In this document: piece after piece, positions 32,430 to 36,603 of the stretch | Position numbering within the stretch: position 1 is the first letter of the stretch | Layout: every line of letters begins with the position of its first letter | IMG/VR virus record: IMGVR_UViG_3300046737_000089 | Origin: a virus | Reading direction: 5' to 3' (one strand) | DNA length: 36,603 nucleotides | The notes under the pieces: generated by a model | Told to the model about the DNA's origin: nothing | Databases searched by the model: none | Seen by the model: only the letters and a program-made list of their open reading frames with translations | Program-made: the position numbers and the translations under genes

Positions 32430-33815
32430 TTAAAAAATTCTTCTGGCACCTTCTGCGCCTATGACGGCTGGAATACCGATTCCTGCTGCCCATTTAAGTT
32501 TACTTTGACGCGATAAATCATTCATAATGGATCCAATCTTAGCTATTGATTCGGGCGTCCTTAAAAAATCAAGTCCTTTATTATCAAGATTTCCATATTC
32601 GTTCACTAAACTTTTAGCGTCTGCTTCACGCTGCAAAATTCCTTTTTTAGGAAGCGCTTTAAGGGCTGCTTTTAATTGAGTACCTAATAATAAATTTTTG
32701 GATTCATCGGATAAATTATTTCTAATGGATGTAGTCGCCGTATCATTTTTACTTAAAAGATTTCCAATAGTTTTAGGGTTTATTTGCGATAGTCCTTTTT
32801 TTAAAACAATATTTCTAAGTGTTGTATTTGATAAATAAGGCGCGACTACTTTTTTATAATCTTGTCCTATTGAGTTATATTTATTTAATAAATCTGTGTC
32901 GCCATTTTTAGTCAATGTGTCTGAGATATCATTTTTAAGAGAACTTCTTAAATTTAATAATTGACCGCCTAGTTTTCTGTTGTCGCTATCTTTATTGCTG
33001 CGTAATTTATCGCCTTCACTTCCTAAAGTAGATTGCAAGTCATGGGCTTTTTCAAAACTTGGATTTTCTTTGAAATCGTCGATAGCCTCATTAATATCAT
33101 TGCTATGTTTTGATAAATCTATTTTATCTAAGACGCTTTCAAAATTATTTGGAATTATTGATTTTTCATCAGTCGCAACCGATATTCCAGGAAATTGTTT
33201 AGCTACAGTTGGTGCGTAACCTCTATCTGCGGCTTCAGATTTAATGGCACTATATTGATTATTAAAATCACTTTTGGCAGCCGTATATTTATTTCTTATT
33301 TCATCAGCAACAGGCTTAGTCGCCTCTGAAACGCTGTTACCTTGTAATAAATCATTCATAAAGCTTTTAGCTTTTTGATTTGCTGCTAGTCCTAATTTAT
33401 TCTGTAAAGTTGATAATAATTTTTTACCTCCAGTACTAACTAATTTTGCTAAGTCTGTCGCAGGCGTTGCAAGCTCTGCTCCGGTTGCTAAGCCACGGGC
33501 TAGTGGATCTAATTCTTGTTGTCTTTGTTGTGAAACTTCAGGCATCGGGAAAGCTTGAGGATTGAATGGCTGAGGCGTTGGCACATTTTCTGGCTTTACT
33601 CCAAACAATCCTGCGACTTTTTGATTAGCATAATTTGCAGCTTCAATAGGTACATTTAAAACGTCTCCTATGCCATACCCAATGGCCCTCCCTGCAGTAC
33701 CGCCCGCTTGTAAAATATCTTGAAGAATTCCAGATTTTTCAGGAGAAGATTTTGGCTTGAACCCTAATCCATCATCTTGAGTTTTTTCCACAAAACCTAA
33801 ATTATCATCTGCCAT
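32430..33815 (-). CDS. Internal virion / ejection protein (putative)
   Basis: 461 aa in the position of the P22 ejection proteins; Gly-rich ends. Confidence 0.5.
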   Translation of the reverse strand: MADDNLGFVEKTQDDGLGFKPKSSPEKSGILQDILQAGGTAGRAIGYGIGDVLNVPIEAANYANQKVAGLFGVKPENVPTPQPFNPQAFPMPEVSQQRQQELDPLARGLATGAELATPATDLAKLVSTGGKKLLSTLQNKLGLAANQKAKSFMNDLLQGNSVSEATKPVADEIRNKYTAAKSDFNNQYSAIKSEAADRGYAPTVAKQFPGISVATDEKSIIPNNFESVLDKIDLSKHSNDINEAIDDFKENPSFEKAHDLQSTLGSEGDKLRSNKDSDNRKLGGQLLNLRSSLKNDISDTLTKNGDTDLLNKYNSIGQDYKKVVAPYLSNTTLRNIVLKKGLSQINPKTIGNLLSKNDTATTSIRNNLSDESKNLLLGTQLKAALKALPKKGILQREADAKSLVNEYGNLDNKGLDFLRTPESIAKIGSIMNDLSRQSKLKWAAGIGIPAVIGAEGARRIF

Positions 33816-35110
33816 TATGACGCCCTCTTGTAACCACGAGCGAGCGCTTTTTCTAGATTACTTCGTGGAATAGTTCCTTCTTTACCATCTGGCGAAATAA
33901 CATCTACAGTATCATTTGTAATTTTATTATATTCATCAGTTACATATTTTTGTTCATTATCACTTGTATATTTATCTAATGACATTGCATTTAAGCCAAG
34001 ACTATTTTTAGTATTTTCATCTAAATCTCTTAAATGTTGTTGAAATTTATTCATCCTATTAGTGTAATCTTCACGTGATTCAAAATTTTGTCGATTTAAA
34101 ATAGTCTGAACCATATTCACGGTAGCATCAGTTTTTTGCAATTTAGAACCTGTCATTACATGCTCAGTCGCCGCCGCCAATGCTTTATCATATTCAGCGC
34201 CAACCCCACGAGGAACGCCCCCAAATGCATTAGGTAAAAGTTCATTTTTACCAGTTGGACCAATCTTACCTACAGTTCCATATTTTTTTAAATCATCGAT
34301 GTAAGGAATGGCTTGCCTTAAAGAGATTAACTGATTTTGCATTTGTGTACGTTGGGTAGGGCTTAATACACTAAAACGCTCGCCCGTATGAGGATTATAT
34401 AATGCCGCCGGATGTCCTCTTGAATCAGTTGGCCCAACTGACTGCAAAATATTAGGTGCTTTCGGGTCTGCTCCTGGAAAAGTGTCTTCCTCTGCTTGTG
34501 GCGCAGTCGCATTATTTTGCGTCGCAGGTTGTGCCGCAGATGCAACATTAGGCATTTGTTGCGGAGCGACTTGTGTAGGTGCTCCCATTCCTGGAGTTTG
34601 CGGCGCTCCCATTTGTTGCGCTCCTCCCAGAAGAGGATTTCCTTTTAAGTCATAATATGTAGGCGCGCCCTTCGCTGTAGCTGGGGCTTTACCTTTACTT
34701 AGAAAAGATTGCGCATGAGCAAGAGCTAATTTAATTTGTGCTTGTTGAAGATTTAATGCTGCTTGTACTTTTGCGGGCGCGCCGTTTGCCTCAGCTTTTT
34801 TTGTAATATTATCCCAATATTCACCTTGCGATCTTAATCCCTCAGCAATAGTGGCTGCGTGCTTTTGTGCTAAATCAGCCAAACTCATTTGCGGCGCATA
34901 TTTAGCGGTGTTTTGTGCGGTAGAAGCTTCCGCAGATGCTTTGCTCGCAGCAGATTGAGCCATCTGAGGAGCGTAATTTAATTTGATTTGATTAAGGGCG
35001 TTAACTATTCGTTGGTCACGTAATTTGTTTAATGATGACGCAGTATCGTTATAGGAATCAAACACTGTCCTAGGTTGACCGCCAAATAATGTCTCAAATG
35101 CATTAGCCAT
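33815..35110 (-). CDS. Internal virion / ejection protein (putative), Ala/Gln/Pro-rich
   Basis: 431 aa with low-complexity AQ-rich N-terminal half; position fits. Confidence 0.5.
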   Translation of the reverse strand: MANAFETLFGGQPRTVFDSYNDTASSLNKLRDQRIVNALNQIKLNYAPQMAQSAASKASAEASTAQNTAKYAPQMSLADLAQKHAATIAEGLRSQGEYWDNITKKAEANGAPAKVQAALNLQQAQIKLALAHAQSFLSKGKAPATAKGAPTYYDLKGNPLLGGAQQMGAPQTPGMGAPTQVAPQQMPNVASAAQPATQNNATAPQAEEDTFPGADPKAPNILQSVGPTDSRGHPAALYNPHTGERFSVLSPTQRTQMQNQLISLRQAIPYIDDLKKYGTVGKIGPTGKNELLPNAFGGVPRGVGAEYDKALAAATEHVMTGSKLQKTDATVNMVQTILNRQNFESREDYTNRMNKFQQHLRDLDENTKNSLGLNAMSLDKYTSDNEQKYVTDEYNKITNDTVDVISPDGKEGTIPRSNLEKALARGYKRAS

Positions 35111-35122
35111 AACTTACTCTCA

Positions 35123-35815
35123 TTAATAATTGACCGTGCGCCCTGTATCAGGATTTAACCATGAACCACCAGTATTACCGCCTCCACCCATTCCAGGCAT
35201 TCCAAAAATATCACCAGCAAGCCCGATGCCTTGACCGATCATATTTGTCCATCCTTGCGATTGAGCTTCTTTCTGAGCGGCTTGCGCATTAGCCATGTCT
35301 TCATAATATTTTTGTTGCATCTGCGCTTCTTCAGCAGAAAGATTTGCGCCCATCCCTGCCGCTTGGAAGCCTTGACCTTGCAGCCCTTGATAACCACCCA
35401 AATATTGATTTCTTATTCCAAACATATTTGCCATATATTTATCGAAATCAGTTGCTCGCGTAGATTGCGCTAAATTCGCTGCCGCTGTTTCCTCAGCCCC
35501 TGAGCCAAAATGTCCAGTTAAAAGAGCCTGATTATTCGCTGCTTGTTGCCCTACTTTCTGTTGTGCTAATGCTTCGGGTGATTCTTTATAACTTGATGCA
35601 AACTGGTTATATAATTTCATCGGGTCTTGAGACTGATTAAGCGCATCAATATAAGCTTGATACTGTCCAGGCTCTCGTTGGATAAAAGGGTTTAAATAGC
35701 CTTGTCCTTGCGAAAAAAGCCCTTGTGAACTTGATAGCCCTTGACCTAATTCTTTATTCATTGCGCCAGCAGCGGCTTCACGCCCACCACCAAATAATTC
35801 ATCAATCCAACTCAT
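35123..35815 (-). CDS. Internal virion / ejection protein (putative), Gly/Gln/Ala-rich
   Basis: 230 aa; composition and position fit. Confidence 0.5.
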   Translation of the reverse strand: MSWIDELFGGGREAAAGAMNKELGQGLSSSQGLFSQGQGYLNPFIQREPGQYQAYIDALNQSQDPMKLYNQFASSYKESPEALAQQKVGQQAANNQALLTGHFGSGAEETAAANLAQSTRATDFDKYMANMFGIRNQYLGGYQGLQGQGFQAAGMGANLSAEEAQMQQKYYEDMANAQAAQKEAQSQGWTNMIGQGIGLAGDIFGMPGMGGGGNTGGSWLNPDTGRTVNY

Positions 35816-35822
35816 ATATCAC

Positions 35823-36140
35823 CTATGCCGCTACGGGCGTAAAAGTTACCCATGTTCCAGCTTCTCTAAAATTAAATCGATTCGTTGTTCTGTTATAAAG
35901 TATCGTCCCATCAATAGCGTTGTCTAATTGGTCTCTATCTACTTGTTCCATTGCAATCACAACTGTCACGGGCGTTTCTTGTTTCGTATTATTAAATCTG
36001 TCATGAACAACCACTAACCCTAAGGTTTGTGAAATCGCATCGAAATGGTTTTTCCAAATATCCGTAAGCTTTCCATTTTCATCTACTATTTTTTCCTCAA
36101 TAGGAGGGACTGCCATAAATGCAGCGTTAATATTACTCAT
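35823..36140 (-). CDS. Hypothetical virion protein downstream of the gp10-like hub
   Basis: 105-aa ORF with ATGA-type overlap with the hub gene. Confidence 0.5.
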   Translation of the reverse strand: MSNINAAFMAVPPIEEKIVDENGKLTDIWKNHFDAISQTLGLVVVHDRFNNTKQETPVTVVIAMEQVDRDQLDNAIDGTILYNRTTNRFNFREAGTWVTFTPVAA

Positions 36141-36603
36141 TGTGGCTGTATCTCCATATCGATTGCTGCGCCTAAAATATAAATAGGAACAGCGTTATAT
36201 ATTTCAAATTTCCAAATAGCATCTCTATAAGTTCCTAATCTTTGCCACATGATTCTTATATTTCTATCGCCCGCTTTCCCAAATGATTCACTTCCAAAAG
36301 AATGATAGGTATCTCCACCATCTTCAGAAACGCTTAAGAACACCATTGGGTCAACATCTGCGCTCGCTTCCAATTGTGCTTGCGTTGTCTTAGGTGGTGG
36401 CGGCAATGAACTTAATGGTTTCGTATTTATTTTTCCTACACCTTTCAACATATCCACTTGAAGACGCGCATATTTAATTCTTTCATATGTCGGTGAACTT
36501 AATGTTCTACATATCCTTGTGCGTTTAATTTTTTCGCCAGCATTTGTTAAAAAGTTATAACTCAATTCATATAATTTAGAGTCGTTATATGTTGTTATAA
36601 AAT
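36137..36603 (-). CDS. Tail hub protein, P22 gp10-like, C-terminal part (same gene as 1..1163; whole gene about 500 aa across the junction)
   Basis: Tracked ORF 36137..36565 is in frame with the open ORF at 1..1163 through the 127-bp overlap. C-terminus DRNIRIMWQRLGTYRDAIWKFEIY...ILGAAIDMEIQPQ parallels the gp10 C-terminus. Confidence 0.7.
   Translation of the reverse strand, partial: FITTYNDSKLYELSYNFLTNAGEKIKRTRICRTLSSPTYERIKYARLQVDMLKGVGKINTKPLSSLPPPPKTTQAQLEASADVDPMVFLSVSEDGGDTYHSFGSESFGKAGDRNIRIMWQRLGTYRDAIWKFEIYNAVPIYILGAAIDMEIQPQ
36477..36603. repeat. Terminal direct repeat, copy 2 (identical to 1..127)
   Basis: Exact 127-bp match to the window start. Confidence 0.9.

Noticed and set aside
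32419-32493. N-terminal extension of the collar-fibre ORF (MGSRNRYSSRHRRRRCQ...)
   Set aside because: It overlaps the upstream gene by 64 nt and is Arg-rich nonsense. MPSTFNIAPSPKWYF is a typical fibre N-terminus with its own Shine-Dalgarno.
10000-35473. Remaining antisense or nested track ORFs (e.g. 10000..10263, 10089..10295, 10452..10730, 10858..11181, 12298..12486, 13766..13951, 17983..18195, 18327..18515, 20571..20912, 22390..22575, 22527..22865, 23407..23607, 23910..24113, 24457..24780, 26799..26981, 28550..28858, 29845..30036, 32273..32464, 32980..33219, 34363..34548, 35231..35473, 4229..4456)
   Set aside because: Each lies inside, or antisense to, a longer and better-supported ORF in a tightly packed co-directional operon. 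Their low-complexity or hydrophobic translations are typical of shadow frames in AT-rich DNA.
1-36603. Integrated prophage or temperate lifestyle
   Set aside because: There is no integrase, no CI-like repressor and no att-like flanks, and the contig closes on itself. The AlpA-like and Cro-like genes alone do not establish lysogeny.

Overview
The window is a complete, circularly closed phage genome. Bases 1..127 are identical to 36477..36603, so the unique length is 36,476 bp. It is visibly AT-rich, very gene-dense and almost entirely minus-strand. The morphogenesis module is P22-like (podovirus type): large terminase, portal, scaffold, P22-type coat, a gp4-like adaptor, a gp10-like tail hub whose gene spans the window junction, three Gln/Gly/Ala-rich ejection-type proteins, a collar-domain fibre and two paralogous fibres. 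A short plus-strand early arm (23748..27834) carries a RecT-like annealase and an SSB with an acidic tail; it diverges from a Cro-like HTH gene. Leftward of that lie a replication initiator with internal iterons and a RusA resolvase. Between the early genes and the large terminase is a long accessory stretch (about 9.6-19.7 kb) that holds the most interesting content: (i) a Ro60/Rsr orthologue (TROVE+vWA) preceded by three tandem Y-RNA-like modules, two with circularly permuted tRNA-like domains, all sharing one internal-loop motif and sitting behind a consensus promoter; (ii) an atypical 124-nt tRNA-like gene with encoded CCA; (iii) a RelA/SpoT-type HD small alarmone hydrolase; (iv) a lipoprotein and a secreted protein; (v) a small terminase displaced 6.3 kb from the large terminase; (vi) an overlapping PRPP-synthetase-like plus NAMPT-like gene pair with no NMN adenylyltransferase anywhere in the genome, which is the composition of the NARP1-type NAD+ reconstitution (anti-NAD-depletion counter-defence) pathway. 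I found no integrase and could not recognise an endolysin or holin. All calls rest on reading the sequence and translations by eye; no searches were run.
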